Positions 1 through 10,564 are shown, counted from the stretch's first letter. The stretch is 64,000 nucleotides of DNA from Candidatus Gottesmanbacteria bacterium (GCA_903821745.1 CAIJMI010000005.1:135802-199801); one strand, 5' to 3'. Notes: a model not told the origin generated them from the letters alone. Program-made: numbers and translations.

Positions 1-489
1 TCAGACACTCAACAATTGGGAAATGGCAAAACCATAGTTATCAAGCCAATCAATGATGTATTTGGCATCGTCATTCCAAAAATACGGGCAAATGCCGCAA
101 TTATTCCAAATGTGGATCCATATGATAGTTCTGCTTATCAACGAGCGCTCACCAAAGGAGTGGCACATGCAAAAGGTTCGGTATTTCCAGGGCAAGTAGG
201 GAACGTGTTTATTTTTTCTCATTCCTCAGTTAATTTTTTTGAAGCCCTACGATACAACTCAATCTTCTATCTCCTTGATAAACTGGAAGTGGATGATCTT
301 ATTTATGTATATTTTAATAAAGAACAGTTTATCTACCGCGTTACTGAAAAAAAACTTATTACTCCAGATCAGGTCTATTATTTAGCCGAAAAAACAAATG
401 ACAGACTAATCACGCTTATGACCTGTTGGCCACCTGGCACAACATTCAAACGCCTTATTATCCGTGGTATACTGACAACTCAACCATAA
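1..489 (+). CDS. Sortase family transpeptidase, 5'-partial: the reading frame is open to the window edge.
   Basis: C-terminal half of a sortase fold. Catalytic TLxTC-type motif (LITLMTCWP) followed by the conserved Arg (RLIIRG). No stop between position 1 and the TTG at 16. Confidence 0.7.
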   Translation, partial: SDTQQLGNGKTIVIKPINDVFGIVIPKIRANAAIIPNVDPYDSSAYQRALTKGVAHAKGSVFPGQVGNVFIFSHSSVNFFEALRYNSIFYLLDKLEVDDLIYVYFNKEQFIYRVTEKKLITPDQVYYLAEKTNDRLITLMTCWPPGTTFKRLIIRGILTTQP

Positions 490-496
490 AACTATT

Positions 497-1024
497 ATGC
501 TTCCCTGGATTTTTCTTGTCATGCAGTTGTTATTCGCTTTACTATTTTTTTATCTTGCACTCGCGTTTCTCACCGGTGCACCGTTTGTCCCTTCAACAAA
601 CACAGTATCGGTAACTATGGTCAATATGGCCCAACTGAAAAAGGGCAATCGTATTTACGATTTAGGATCAGGTGATGGCAGATTATTGTTTCTTGCGGCC
701 GCGCGTGGCGCAAAAACAATTGGATTGGAAATAAACCCGTATTTAGTGCTGTATTCGAACCTCAAAGCCATGTTTTCTCCATTTAGAAAAACCGTACGCA
801 CTTATTGGAAAAATTTTTGGGCTACGGATTTTACCAATGCTGATGTTGTTTTTGTGTATCTTCTTCCATGGAAAATGGAAAAACTGGAAAAGAAACTCTT
901 AAAGGAAATGAAACCCGGCAGTAAAATCGTATCCAATAGTTTTATTTTTCTTCATTTGCCCTGCACCAAAAAAGATCCAATCAATCATGTGTATCTGTTT
1001 ACTATACCCAAAAAGCGAATATAA
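497..1024 (+). CDS. Class I SAM-dependent methyltransferase with an N-terminal TM helix.
   Basis: Motif I DLGSGDGRLL of Rossmann-fold methyltransferases. Hydrophobic N-terminus. Confidence 0.6.
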   Translation: MLPWIFLVMQLLFALLFFYLALAFLTGAPFVPSTNTVSVTMVNMAQLKKGNRIYDLGSGDGRLLFLAAARGAKTIGLEINPYLVLYSNLKAMFSPFRKTVRTYWKNFWATDFTNADVVFVYLLPWKMEKLEKKLLKEMKPGSKIVSNSFIFLHLPCTKKDPINHVYLFTIPKKRI

Positions 1025-1035
1025 TAAGGAGGCAT

Positions 1036-1599
1036 ATGAAATTTGACGGACAACAATCAGACGAAAAAGTATTATACGTCATTACTCCACATAACAGCAA
1101 ACTGATTCTTTCCATTTTTTTCACCACTATTTCCATTCTGGCTGTCGGCGCATTCTTGTTTGGCGTCACAACATTTTTTCCTGAATTTATTAATCTCCTT
1201 CGAACCATCATTGTTCTCATGCTATTGTTGGGAACAATCATTGCAGGCTGGTGGATCTGGCAAGCACAAGTTCATGACCGAACCTACATCACTGACCGGC
1301 GGATCATTCGTTTTGACGTAGTGTCACCGTTTTTTACGAACAAACGGGCGTTGTTTTGGAATGAAGTCTTAAAAGCAAAAGCATACGCACCGAATATGAT
1401 CATACGAATTTTAAAAATTGGCGTACTCCAAATAGAACCCGTTGCAGCAGAACATGAAAGCATTATTATTCCTGATGTCTATTATCACGAAGACTTGGCA
1501 AATTATCTAGATAAAATTTTATTTACGTTTAAAAATAAACCAGCAGATATGACAACAATCAAACCCTTCATTGCAAAACCAAAAGGCAAGAGGGATTGA
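1036..1599 (+). CDS. Membrane protein with a bacterial PH-like (DUF304/bPH_2-like) domain.
   Basis: Two predicted TM helices followed by YITDRRIIRFD, typical of bPH_2 domains. Preceded by a good RBS (AAGGAGG). Confidence 0.45.
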   Translation: MKFDGQQSDEKVLYVITPHNSKLILSIFFTTISILAVGAFLFGVTTFFPEFINLLRTIIVLMLLLGTIIAGWWIWQAQVHDRTYITDRRIIRFDVVSPFFTNKRALFWNEVLKAKAYAPNMIIRILKIGVLQIEPVAAEHESIIIPDVYYHEDLANYLDKILFTFKNKPADMTTIKPFIAKPKGKRD

Positions 1600-1782
1600 A
1601 AAGTATTGGGCAATGGGGTACGATACATATATTCTCGTTTGCATGAGATATAACTAACCTCAAAGAGAATCGCTGCATCCCGCGTAAAGATGTTGTAATG
1701 AAGTCACAAGAAGTTGGATGGAACCTTCCGAAGCACTCGGAATCCAACAGAAGGTGACTTTTTTGTATATAAAGGAGTATCT

Positions 1783-3576
1783 ATGTCACAAGTACTAGAA
1801 GAAAAATTAGAAAAACTATCCAAAGAAGAACAACAACTGTGGGCACTGCGCCATACGGCAGAACATATTCTTCATACTGCCATGCAAAATCTCTACCCAC
1901 CCTTAAAAAAAGCAATGGGACCTGCAACGGAAGACGGATTTTACAATGATTTTGACTTAGACGAAAAGATCTCAGAAGCAGATTTTCCAAAAATTGAAAA
2001 AGAAATGCAGCGGCTTATTGATGCAGACTATCCAATGGAGCAATCATTAATTAGTCCTTCCGAAGCCAAAGAATTATTTAAAAATAATCCATACAAACTC
2101 GAATGGATTGATGAAATTGAAAAACGGGGAGAAAAAGTGTCAGTGTTCACAATGGGAAAAGAAGACACGGATCTTTGCAGCGGCCCACATGCATCATCAA
2201 CGGGCGCTGTTAAAGCGTTTAAGCTCCTCTCAATTGCCGGTGCGTATTGGCATGGGGATGAAAAAAATAAAATGCTAACGAGAATCTACGGCACTGCATT
2301 TAGCTCCAAAAAAGAACTGGATGAGTATCTTGCTCGCATCGAAGAAGCCAAAAAACGCGATCACAGAAAAATTGGAAAAGATTTGGGACTGTTTGTATTT
2401 GCCGATCTTATCGGTAAAGGACTTCCGATGCTTACGGCAAAAGGGGCAACCATCAGACGGGAACTGGAGCGGTTTATTGTTGATGAAGAACTCAAACGCG
2501 GATACAGCCACGTCATCACGCCGCCGCTTGCAAAGGTAGATTTATATAAAACGAGCGGCCACTATCCATATTATAAAAATACCATGTATCCTCCAATGAA
2601 AGTAGATGAAGAGGAACTGATTCTGCGTCCGATGACCTGTCCGCATCATTTTATGCTTTACAAATCGGAACAGCATAGCTATCGCGAACTTCCAATTCGT
2701 CTGGCAGAATTATCCCCTCAATTTCGTTATGAAAAAAGTGGGGAACTGACCGGCCTTATGCGCGTCCGCATGTTTTGTCTTGCAGATGCCCATATTATTA
2801 GTCAGCCTGAGAATGCAAAAGATGAAATTAAAAAAGTATTGGACCTGATCGATTTTGTGAACGCAACCCTTGGAATGAAAAAAGGAGTTGATTACTGCTA
2901 TCGTCTCTCGCTTGGCGACAGAAACGATACAAAAAAATATTACAAGGATGATGCCGCATGGGATCATGCAGAACAAGTACTCAGGGAGGTACTTGTTGAA
3001 ACAAAGGCACCATTTTTTGAGGCACCAAATGAAGCAGCGTTTTACGGACCGAAAATTGATATACAGGTCAAAAATGTTGCGGGTCACGAGGAAACCGCAT
3101 TTACGGTGCAATATGACTTTGTCATGCCGAAACGGTTTGAACTAACGTATATTGACTCCGACGGGAAAGAAAAAGAACCAATCGTTATTCATAGGTCAAG
3201 TCTTGGTGCATTTGAACGGACCATGGCATTTTTGCTAGAACATTTTGCCGGTGCACTCCCAACCTGGTTGAGCCCAGTCCAAGTACAGGTGTTACCAATT
3301 GCCGACCGTCACGCAGAATATGCAACAAAGGTCGTAGAATCCCTTAAAAAGAACAATATACGTGCGGTCCTTGATGATAGATCAGAAACTCTTGGATCAC
3401 GAATACGGGATGCCCAACAACAAAAAGTGTCCTATATGCTCATCATTGGAGACAATGAGGTCAAAAATAATACGGTTACCGAACGGGGAAGAAGTGGAAA
3501 AAACTTTGGAGAATTCCCACTTGATGCATTCATTACGGACATCCGGAAAGAAATTGATGAAAAAATCATCAATTAA
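1783..3576 (+). CDS. thrS: Threonyl-tRNA synthetase lacking the N-terminal TGS domain.
   Basis: The long ORF is 1714..3576. Start is placed at ATG 1783, preceded by AAAGGAG. Class II aaRS core, second-additional-domain HxxxH motif (HTAEHIL) and a C-terminal anticodon-binding domain. Confidence 0.92.
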   Translation: MSQVLEEKLEKLSKEEQQLWALRHTAEHILHTAMQNLYPPLKKAMGPATEDGFYNDFDLDEKISEADFPKIEKEMQRLIDADYPMEQSLISPSEAKELFKNNPYKLEWIDEIEKRGEKVSVFTMGKEDTDLCSGPHASSTGAVKAFKLLSIAGAYWHGDEKNKMLTRIYGTAFSSKKELDEYLARIEEAKKRDHRKIGKDLGLFVFADLIGKGLPMLTAKGATIRRELERFIVDEELKRGYSHVITPPLAKVDLYKTSGHYPYYKNTMYPPMKVDEEELILRPMTCPHHFMLYKSEQHSYRELPIRLAELSPQFRYEKSGELTGLMRVRMFCLADAHIISQPENAKDEIKKVLDLIDFVNATLGMKKGVDYCYRLSLGDRNDTKKYYKDDAAWDHAEQVLREVLVETKAPFFEAPNEAAFYGPKIDIQVKNVAGHEETAFTVQYDFVMPKRFELTYIDSDGKEKEPIVIHRSSLGAFERTMAFLLEHFAGALPTWLSPVQVQVLPIADRHAEYATKVVESLKKNNIRAVLDDRSETLGSRIRDAQQQKVSYMLIIGDNEVKNNTVTERGRSGKNFGEFPLDAFITDIRKEIDEKIIN

Positions 3577-3653
3577 CTCGTGGTATTCTCTTAGGGGAAT
3601 GAATTTGGTATAATAGGAGTCAAGCGCCAGGGGAGCGCATTTATCAAAAACGC

Positions 3654-4178
3654 GTGAACACAGCATTCAAACACTACCGCATTAATTACCAAATCATTAG
3701 TCCAACCTTACGGCTATTGGATGAGGAAGGAAAACAGATCGGTATTCTTTCTAAAATTGAAGCACTCCAAAAAGCAAAAGAGCTTGACATGGATGTCGTG
3801 GAAATAGCTTCAAACGCCGTGCCGCCGGTAGCCAAACTGATTGATTTTAAGAAGTTTAAATATCAAGAACAAAAAAAGGAACGGGACAACAAAAAAAACC
3901 AGAAGAATGTCGGGGTCAAGGAAGTCAGACTTCGACCATTTATCGGTCAACATGACTTCGATACGCGATTGAAGCAGGCAACAGACTGGCTTGCTGATGG
4001 CAATCAAATCAAAATTAACGTAGTGTTTAAAGGCCGGGAAATTACGAGAAAAGAATTTGGGTTTGACGTCATGAAACGATTTCTTGGCAGTCTTGAGTCC
4101 ATCAAAGTTGTCAGAGAACCGCATCTGGAAGGAAAAGTACTTTCCGCAATGGTCGTCCCCGCAAAAAAAGCCGCATAA
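3654..4178 (+). CDS. infC: Translation initiation factor IF-3.
   Basis: RINYQIISPTLRLLDEEGKQIGIL aligns with the IF3 N-domain ([24 protein letters not shown] in E. coli), and the C-domain follows. GTG start at 3654. Atypical starts are the rule for infC. Confidence 0.88.
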   Translation: MNTAFKHYRINYQIISPTLRLLDEEGKQIGILSKIEALQKAKELDMDVVEIASNAVPPVAKLIDFKKFKYQEQKKERDNKKNQKNVGVKEVRLRPFIGQHDFDTRLKQATDWLADGNQIKINVVFKGREITRKEFGFDVMKRFLGSLESIKVVREPHLEGKVLSAMVVPAKKAA

Positions 4179-4222
4179 TATTTGTCTTGCGTCATGCGCA
4201 AAATTGCCGTATAATACACTCT

Positions 4223-4420
4223 ATGCCAAAAGTAAAAACGAGAAAAATCGCAACAAAACGCTTTAAAGTCAGCAAAGGCGGAAAGGTCATGCACCGAGTT
4301 CAAGGCGCACGGCATTTGCGTTCAACTAAAAGTGCCTCCCGAAAACGGAGACAGGATAAAATTAAATCATTGACGAATCACAAATATATTCAGAACATGA
4401 AGCGCTTTTTAGAAACATAA
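4223..4420 (+). CDS. rpmI: Ribosomal protein L35.
   Basis: MPKVKTRKIATKRFKVSKGGKV is a canonical L35 N-terminus. Start is moved from 4187 to ATG 4223. Classic infC-rpmI-rplT order. Confidence 0.9.
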   Translation: MPKVKTRKIATKRFKVSKGGKVMHRVQGARHLRSTKSASRKRRQDKIKSLTNHKYIQNMKRFLET

Positions 4421-4425
4421 ATACC

Positions 4426-4776
4426 ATGAGAGTTAAACGAGGAGTTACCAGTCACGCGAAGCACAAAAAAATATTCGAAGCCAACAAAGGCTATCGGATG
4501 ACAAAACGCAGGCTTATTCGGGTCGCTAAAGAAGCATATCTTCATGCTGGAGAATACGCATTTGCTGGCCGAAAAAACAAAAAGAGAGATTTCCGTGCAA
4601 CATGGATCAGCCGTATCTCACATGCTGTCGTCATCAAAGGAACATCCTACAGCAAATTTATGAACGCAATCAAAAAAGCAAATATTGTCATTGATCGAAA
4701 AATCATGGCATATCTTATCGTCAACAAACCAGAAAGTTTTGATGCCATCTTTAAAACCGCAACCGGGACAAAATAA
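4426..4776 (+). CDS. rplT: Ribosomal protein L20.
   Basis: MRVKRGVTSHAKHKKIF... is a typical L20 sequence. Operon context also fits. Confidence 0.95.
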   Translation: MRVKRGVTSHAKHKKIFEANKGYRMTKRRLIRVAKEAYLHAGEYAFAGRKNKKRDFRATWISRISHAVVIKGTSYSKFMNAIKKANIVIDRKIMAYLIVNKPESFDAIFKTATGTK

Positions 4777-4801
4777 TACTGAAAAAATAAACAGTATTAT
4801 A

Positions 4802-4831
4802 AAATCCCGCGAATAGGCGGGATTTTTTTTG
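4802..4831 (+). terminator. Rho-independent terminator after rplT.
   Basis: Stem ATCCCGC / GCGGGAT (4804-4810 / 4817-4823), loop GAATAG, followed by a run of 8 T. Confidence 0.65.
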
Positions 4832-4861
4832 GCAAAATATGTACAATAGATACATACGCGT

Positions 4862-5944
4862 ATGAAAAAAATTGTGACAAAAGAAGAACCAATTGCAAAG
4901 GATCAGTTGATCCGGCTTCTGTTAACACTCCAGGAGGATGCTGTTGGCGCAATTACGGAAAGCACGGAATCCGTTGATACCCTTCGTCTCACATGGCTTG
5001 GAAAAAATAGTGAATTTTTGAAACTTGCCTCATCCATGCGGTCCGTTACTCCTGAAGATAAACAACAAATAGGAGCAGTCTTAAACGGTGTCAAAAAAAG
5101 CATAGAATCAGCGCTTGCTAGCAAACAACAGCTGACCAACCAACAGGCGGAAAGTACCGCTGACTGGTTTGATACAACGGAGCCCGGGGAACAACCGCCA
5201 CAAGGACATCTTCATATCGTCACGCAGGCAATTGCCGAAATTACTGATATTTTTAATCGCCTTGGGTTTACCAGAGTGAGACACCCAGAAATTGATTGGG
5301 ACTGGTATCCATTTGAAGCGTTAAATATGCCCCATAGCCATCCGGCAAGCGATGAATGGGAAACCTTTTATATCCGCTATCCTGGGAGTCCTGGAAAAGA
5401 ATATAAAAAACAAAAAATAGTACTCACACCCCATACGTCAAATGGCCAGGTACGGGAAATGGAAAAAGGTGTCCTTCCCATCCGTATGATTAACATTGCC
5501 AAATGTTACCGAAGACAAATTGATATTTCTCATACCCCGATGTTTCATCAATTTGAAGGACTCTACGTTGATAAAAATGTTTCGATCGGCCATTTAAAAG
5601 GCGTCCTTGATTATTTTGCCAAACATTTTTTTGGACCTGACAGAACTACACGCATTCGTCCGTATCATTTTCAATTTACCGAACCGTCATTTGAAATTGA
5701 TATCTCCTGCGGCATTTGTCACGGCAAAGGATGCAAACTCTGCAAAGAAGGCTGGTTGGAACTGGGGGGAGCGGGCATGACCCATCCCCAGGTATTAAAA
5801 AATGGCGGCGTTGATACGACAGTCTATAACGGATTTGCATTCGGTTGGGGAGTAGAGCGGACGTATATGATGAAATCCAATTCCAATCTTGATGATATAC
5901 GACTTATTTACGGAAATGATATACGTTTTTTAAAACAATTTTAA
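4862..5944 (+). CDS. pheS: Phenylalanyl-tRNA synthetase alpha subunit.
   Basis: Class II aaRS catalytic core (FQFTEPSFE, GWLELGGAGM, GFAFGWGVER motifs). Directly followed by pheT. Confidence 0.92.
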   Translation: MKKIVTKEEPIAKDQLIRLLLTLQEDAVGAITESTESVDTLRLTWLGKNSEFLKLASSMRSVTPEDKQQIGAVLNGVKKSIESALASKQQLTNQQAESTADWFDTTEPGEQPPQGHLHIVTQAIAEITDIFNRLGFTRVRHPEIDWDWYPFEALNMPHSHPASDEWETFYIRYPGSPGKEYKKQKIVLTPHTSNGQVREMEKGVLPIRMINIAKCYRRQIDISHTPMFHQFEGLYVDKNVSIGHLKGVLDYFAKHFFGPDRTTRIRPYHFQFTEPSFEIDISCGICHGKGCKLCKEGWLELGGAGMTHPQVLKNGGVDTTVYNGFAFGWGVERTYMMKSNSNLDDIRLIYGNDIRFLKQF

Positions 5945-5945
5945 T

Positions 5946-7943
5946 ATGAATATACTTGTTCCTGATCAGTGGCTCCGTGACTTTCTCAAAACGGATGCCA
6001 CACCAAAACAACTCAAAGAATATCTCTCACTCTGCGGCCCTTCTATTGAACGCATCAATACGGTAAATGGAGAGATTGTCTATGACGTAGAAATTACCAG
6101 TAATCGACCTGATGCAATGTCTATTGTTGGCGTTGCCCGCGAGGCAAGTGGTATCTTGCCACGATTTGGTATTGCAGCAACGCTTCTTGATGATCCATAT
6201 ACCGAGAAAATACACACAGAAAAAAAAGACTATAAAAAAATTCCACTCACCATTACAACAACCGAAGCATTAAATCCGCGTTGGACCAGCGTCATTTTTG
6301 ACGATATTAAAATCGGTCCGTCACCTTCTTGGCTTGTCAAACGCCTCGAACTTGTCGGGGTTCGGACAATCAACAATGTTATTGATATCACCAATTACCT
6401 CATGCATGCCTATGGACAACCCGCACATGTGTTTGACTTAGACACCATTCATCAAGGAATTATGAAGCTTCGACCGGCCAAAAAAGGAGAGCAGGTCACA
6501 ACATTAGATGGAAAAACACATACGCTACCAGGCGGGGACATCGTTATTGAAGACGGCTCAGGGAACCTCATTGATCTTTGCGGCATTATGGGAGGCAAAT
6601 CGTCATCTATAACGGATAAAACAACCCGAGTGTTATTGTTCGTTCAAACCTATGATCCTGCACAAATTCGAAAAACATCCATGAATCTTGCACACCGCAC
6701 AGAAGCAGCAGGACTGTTTGAAAAAGGACTCGACCCGGAACTTGTCATGCCCGTGTTTCAAAAGGGAATTGATCTGATCAAAAAACTAGCCGGTGGAAAC
6801 ATTGTAAGTGAGGTTACGGATATATATTCAAAACCATACAAAGCAAAATCTGTTGTTGCGAAACGGGCAAAAATTGATAGTTATATCGGCGTACACCTTG
6901 AGACAAAAGAGATTCAGAACATACTGTCGAATCTTGGCTGTAAAACAAAAATAACAGAGAATGAAGTTATCGTGACACCGCCAAGCTTCCGTCGGGATAT
7001 CGAACTGGATGTTGATATCATTGAAGAACTTGCGCGCATTTACGGCTATCACAAAATTCCCACAAAACTGCCGGATACAGAACCGCCAACAATATATGAA
7101 GAACCAATTCTAGGGATTGAACAAAAAATAAAACAGAAATTAGGTGATTGGGGATATACCGAAACCTATACGTATTCCATGATTTCCAAAGAACTGCTTG
7201 ATCTCGTGCATTATGATGAGCAAGAAACCTATATGATTACCAATCCCATTTCAAATGATTGGGTATATATGCGGCCAACGTTATTGCCAAGCATGCTCAT
7301 GGCAATCAAACAGAATACCTCCTTTGAACAGGACTTAAAATTATTTGAACTATCCATGACCTACGCCTACCGAAAAAACAATATTCCGCTTGAGGAGTCA
7401 ACCCTTATTGTTGCAGTATCCGGCAGTCGGTATGGAAAAATCAAAGGCATCGCAGAAAGCCTATTCACCCTTTTTGGTATTCCACTGCCTGAAATGACAG
7501 AACCTGCAAATTCCTCCTATCAAAAAAGTCGCTCACTCCGATTAGGAATTTATGGACAACTTGGAGAAATTGACCTTGCGGTATTACAACAACTTGGGAT
7601 ACCAAAACCAGTAACAATGCTTGAATTATCCATCGATCGACTTCTGGAACATAAGAAGTCGGTAACGCATTACACCCCAATTCCAAAGTATCCTGCAAGC
7701 TTTGAAGATCTCGCATTTGTGGTTCCGGAAAAAACACACGTTGCGCCAATGATGAAAAAAATTCAGACGATAGATCCAATGATTAAAGACGTATCACTAT
7801 TTGACAGTTACAAAAATATCCGTACGTTTCATGTGACCTATCAAAGTAGTACCCAAAATTTAACAAAAGAAGAGATAAATAGAATTAGAGAAAAAATTAT
7901 CAGCCAGATGAAAAAAGAATTTGGCGCCACACTCAAAAATTAA
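5946..7943 (+). CDS. pheT: Phenylalanyl-tRNA synthetase beta subunit, short form (665 aa).
   Basis: B3/B4 and B5 domain similarity plus a C-terminal anticodon-binding-like domain. Start is 2 nt after the pheS stop. Confidence 0.9.
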   Translation: MNILVPDQWLRDFLKTDATPKQLKEYLSLCGPSIERINTVNGEIVYDVEITSNRPDAMSIVGVAREASGILPRFGIAATLLDDPYTEKIHTEKKDYKKIPLTITTTEALNPRWTSVIFDDIKIGPSPSWLVKRLELVGVRTINNVIDITNYLMHAYGQPAHVFDLDTIHQGIMKLRPAKKGEQVTTLDGKTHTLPGGDIVIEDGSGNLIDLCGIMGGKSSSITDKTTRVLLFVQTYDPAQIRKTSMNLAHRTEAAGLFEKGLDPELVMPVFQKGIDLIKKLAGGNIVSEVTDIYSKPYKAKSVVAKRAKIDSYIGVHLETKEIQNILSNLGCKTKITENEVIVTPPSFRRDIELDVDIIEELARIYGYHKIPTKLPDTEPPTIYEEPILGIEQKIKQKLGDWGYTETYTYSMISKELLDLVHYDEQETYMITNPISNDWVYMRPTLLPSMLMAIKQNTSFEQDLKLFELSMTYAYRKNNIPLEESTLIVAVSGSRYGKIKGIAESLFTLFGIPLPEMTEPANSSYQKSRSLRLGIYGQLGEIDLAVLQQLGIPKPVTMLELSIDRLLEHKKSVTHYTPIPKYPASFEDLAFVVPEKTHVAPMMKKIQTIDPMIKDVSLFDSYKNIRTFHVTYQSSTQNLTKEEINRIREKIISQMKKEFGATLKN

Positions 7944-10564
7944 TCCCCTGGGGTTGGCGCAACTGTGGGAACGGGAGTAGGTTCCGCCCATGCAGTATTC
8001 ACACCAATATGAATATTCGATTCCGTTGTACCACCTTTTGAGTCTGTTGCTTTTGCCCGTATCTCACGGTTTGCTCCATTGGTAACAGGAACAGTGTCGG
8101 AAAAACTATCACCGCTGGACTCTTTTTTCTTATCTCCGTCAACATAAATTTCAATTTTTGAAATGCCGTTCGGTGACGTTGCTTTCACCGTAACCTTCAC
8201 ATCATTGGTGTTCACTTGGGAATGGTTTCCCGGTTCTTTAATGGATAATGCAAACGTATCACCGCCGCTATACGTTTCTGTTGGCGGATGAAACTTCGCA
8301 TCACTTTGTGTTGCAATCCATGCGTTAATCCCGTCCTGCCAGCGATTTTTTCCGTCGCCTGAAACGGGATCTATCTCTTTAAAAATAACAAACTGTTTTG
8401 TTTGGTATTCGCCGCGGACAATTTCAACAGCGCTTGCCAGTTTATTGGAATCGTGGTTTGAAATTTTCACGTTTTGATAAATAACAGATGGCGTTGTCGG
8501 TTCGGTGCCTTTCACGAAATATTCTTTTCGTGTCGTTCCGCCTGATACCGGTGTACCACCACCATACGCATCAATATCCATTTGCATCACATTATCCGGT
8601 TTCATAAACGGTTCATCCGCTGTTTTTGCAAGTGCTTCCCGCATAATACGGTTCCAAATTGGAGCAGCACCGGTAATACCAGAGGCAAGTGCCTGGTTCA
8701 TCGGGGAGTTATCATTATTCCCAACCCACACGCCAACAGCAAAGGATGGCGTATAGCCAATCGTCCAGTTATCTCGTTTGTCATCCGTCGTTCCGGTTTT
8801 CACAGCAACGGACCGACCAGCAATATTTAAATACGAATTTGTCCCGAAGGTATCTTTTCTGGCATCATTGTCTGATAACATACTCGACATAATAAATGTG
8901 ACATCCTGACCCAAAACACGTTTTGGCTGCACCGAATGATATTGATACAATACTTTTCCTTTTGTATCTTCCACTTTCAAAATAGAAACAGGTTCCGCGC
9001 GTAATCCACCGGTCGCAAAGACACCATACGCACTTGTTATATCAATAAGTTTTACCTCGCCGCCTCCCAACGTTAGGGATAATCCAATACGTTTGATGTT
9101 ATCGCTATTTGGTTCAAGAGAGGTGATACCCATATCAAACGCTGTTTGCAACACATCTTTCACCCCAACCAGTGCTGATACTTTTACGGCAATAGTGTTT
9201 ATGGAATTGCCGAGTGCAAACCGAAGCTGCATGGGACCTCGAAATTTTCCGTCATAGTTTTTTGGATTATATTCCGGCTTCGTAATGTCACCCGACGGGT
9301 ACTTCGTATCCACATCCAGAAGCAGCGTAGAAGCTGTGTACCCCTTTTTAAGGGCTGTCACATAGGAGATAGGCTTAATAGATGATCCCGGCTGACGCAA
9401 GCCCTGCGTGACCACGTTAAACTTGAGTCCTGACGCATCGGTAGCTTCATAATCTTTTGATCCAACCATGGCTAAAATTTCACCGGTTTTGGGGTTAATC
9501 ACAATTGCCGCACCGTTTGAAACTTTCAAATTCTTCACTTTGTCGACTTCTTCTTTGACAATTTTCTGTGCAGCTTTCTGTAGTTTTAAATCCAAGGTGG
9601 TCGTCACCCGAAGTCCTCCGGCATCAACCATTTTCTGTCCGAATTTTGTCACGAGCTGATCTTTAATATAGGCAACAAAATGCGGGGCATTGAGTCCGGC
9701 ACTGCCCGATGCAAACTTGACCGTTTCAATTTCTTTTTTTAAATCAGTTTCTTGCTGCGCCGTAATATAGTTGTCTTCCTTCATGCGGGCCAAAACATGT
9801 TGTGTCCGTGGGATATACGCTTTTGGGTTATCACCAAACGGCGAATATGCAGACGGGGATTGCGGAAGTCCTGCCAGAATGACGCATTCAGGAACTGTCA
9901 TGTCCTTTGCATGTTTATCAAAATAATAAGAAGCAGCTGCTTCAACACCTGCCGCTGTTCCGCCATAGGGAATTTCATTTAAGTACATTTGCAAAATTTC
10001 ATCTTTGCTATATTTCCGTTCAATCTGAATTGCAAGAATTGCTTCTTTCATCTTCCGAGGAAGCGTCTGTTCCTGAGAAAGAAGCGCATTTTTAACCAGT
10101 TGTTGTGTAATCGTAGATCCACCTTGAAGGTTATGAAACACAAAAATACTAAACATTGCCCGAAGTAAACCGGACGTCGAAAGACCTTTATGTTTGTAAA
10201 AATCTTTGTCTTCAACAGCAATCGTTGCATCTTTTAACGATTTTGGAATATCGGCAAATGTAACAGGAATTCTGTTTTCATTTTGAAAGATGTCATACAC
10301 AGTGTCACCATTTCGGTCAAGAACCACAGTTGATAGACCCTCAGTTCTGGACACTTTATCAGGTCGGGGAAGATCTTTTGCATACCAGGCAAATAAAATA
10401 CCAACACCAAGGACACAAGCTATAACAAAGATAAAAGCAGCCGTGGCAAGCGTACTAAACGTTTTCAAACGACCACGCTCCGTCCCGAAGCGTTTTTTTA
10501 ATTGCCGTTCCCAAAAAATCTGCTGCATAGAGACTATTGTACGAAGAACTGACACGTTTGACAA
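7940..10564 (-). CDS. Class A penicillin-binding protein (GT51 transglycosylase plus transpeptidase) with a C-terminal Ig-like extension.
   Basis: GT51 motifs (EDKDFYKHKG, QGGSTITQQLVKN). Transpeptidase motifs SSIKP (SxxK), SMN and KTGTT. N-terminal TM anchor. The true start may be the internal Met 36 nt downstream of 10564. Confidence 0.88.
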   Translation of the reverse strand: MSNVSVLRTIVSMQQIFWERQLKKRFGTERGRLKTFSTLATAAFIFVIACVLGVGILFAWYAKDLPRPDKVSRTEGLSTVVLDRNGDTVYDIFQNENRIPVTFADIPKSLKDATIAVEDKDFYKHKGLSTSGLLRAMFSIFVFHNLQGGSTITQQLVKNALLSQEQTLPRKMKEAILAIQIERKYSKDEILQMYLNEIPYGGTAAGVEAAASYYFDKHAKDMTVPECVILAGLPQSPSAYSPFGDNPKAYIPRTQHVLARMKEDNYITAQQETDLKKEIETVKFASGSAGLNAPHFVAYIKDQLVTKFGQKMVDAGGLRVTTTLDLKLQKAAQKIVKEEVDKVKNLKVSNGAAIVINPKTGEILAMVGSKDYEATDASGLKFNVVTQGLRQPGSSIKPISYVTALKKGYTASTLLLDVDTKYPSGDITKPEYNPKNYDGKFRGPMQLRFALGNSINTIAVKVSALVGVKDVLQTAFDMGITSLEPNSDNIKRIGLSLTLGGGEVKLIDITSAYGVFATGGLRAEPVSILKVEDTKGKVLYQYHSVQPKRVLGQDVTFIMSSMLSDNDARKDTFGTNSYLNIAGRSVAVKTGTTDDKRDNWTIGYTPSFAVGVWVGNNDNSPMNQALASGITGAAPIWNRIMREALAKTADEPFMKPDNVMQMDIDAYGGGTPVSGGTTRKEYFVKGTEPTTPSVIYQNVKISNHDSNKLASAVEIVRGEYQTKQFVIFKEIDPVSGDGKNRWQDGINAWIATQSDAKFHPPTETYSGGDTFALSIKEPGNHSQVNTNDVKVTVKATSPNGISKIEIYVDGDKKKESSGDSFSDTVPVTNGANREIRAKATDSKGGTTESNIHIGVNTAWAEPTPVPTVAPTPGD

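Noticed and set aside
1714-1782. Upstream ATG 1714 as the thrS start
   Set aside because: The N-terminal 23 residues are non-homologous and lie inside a leader hairpin. ATG 1783 has a canonical AAAGGAG SD and begins the conserved sequence.
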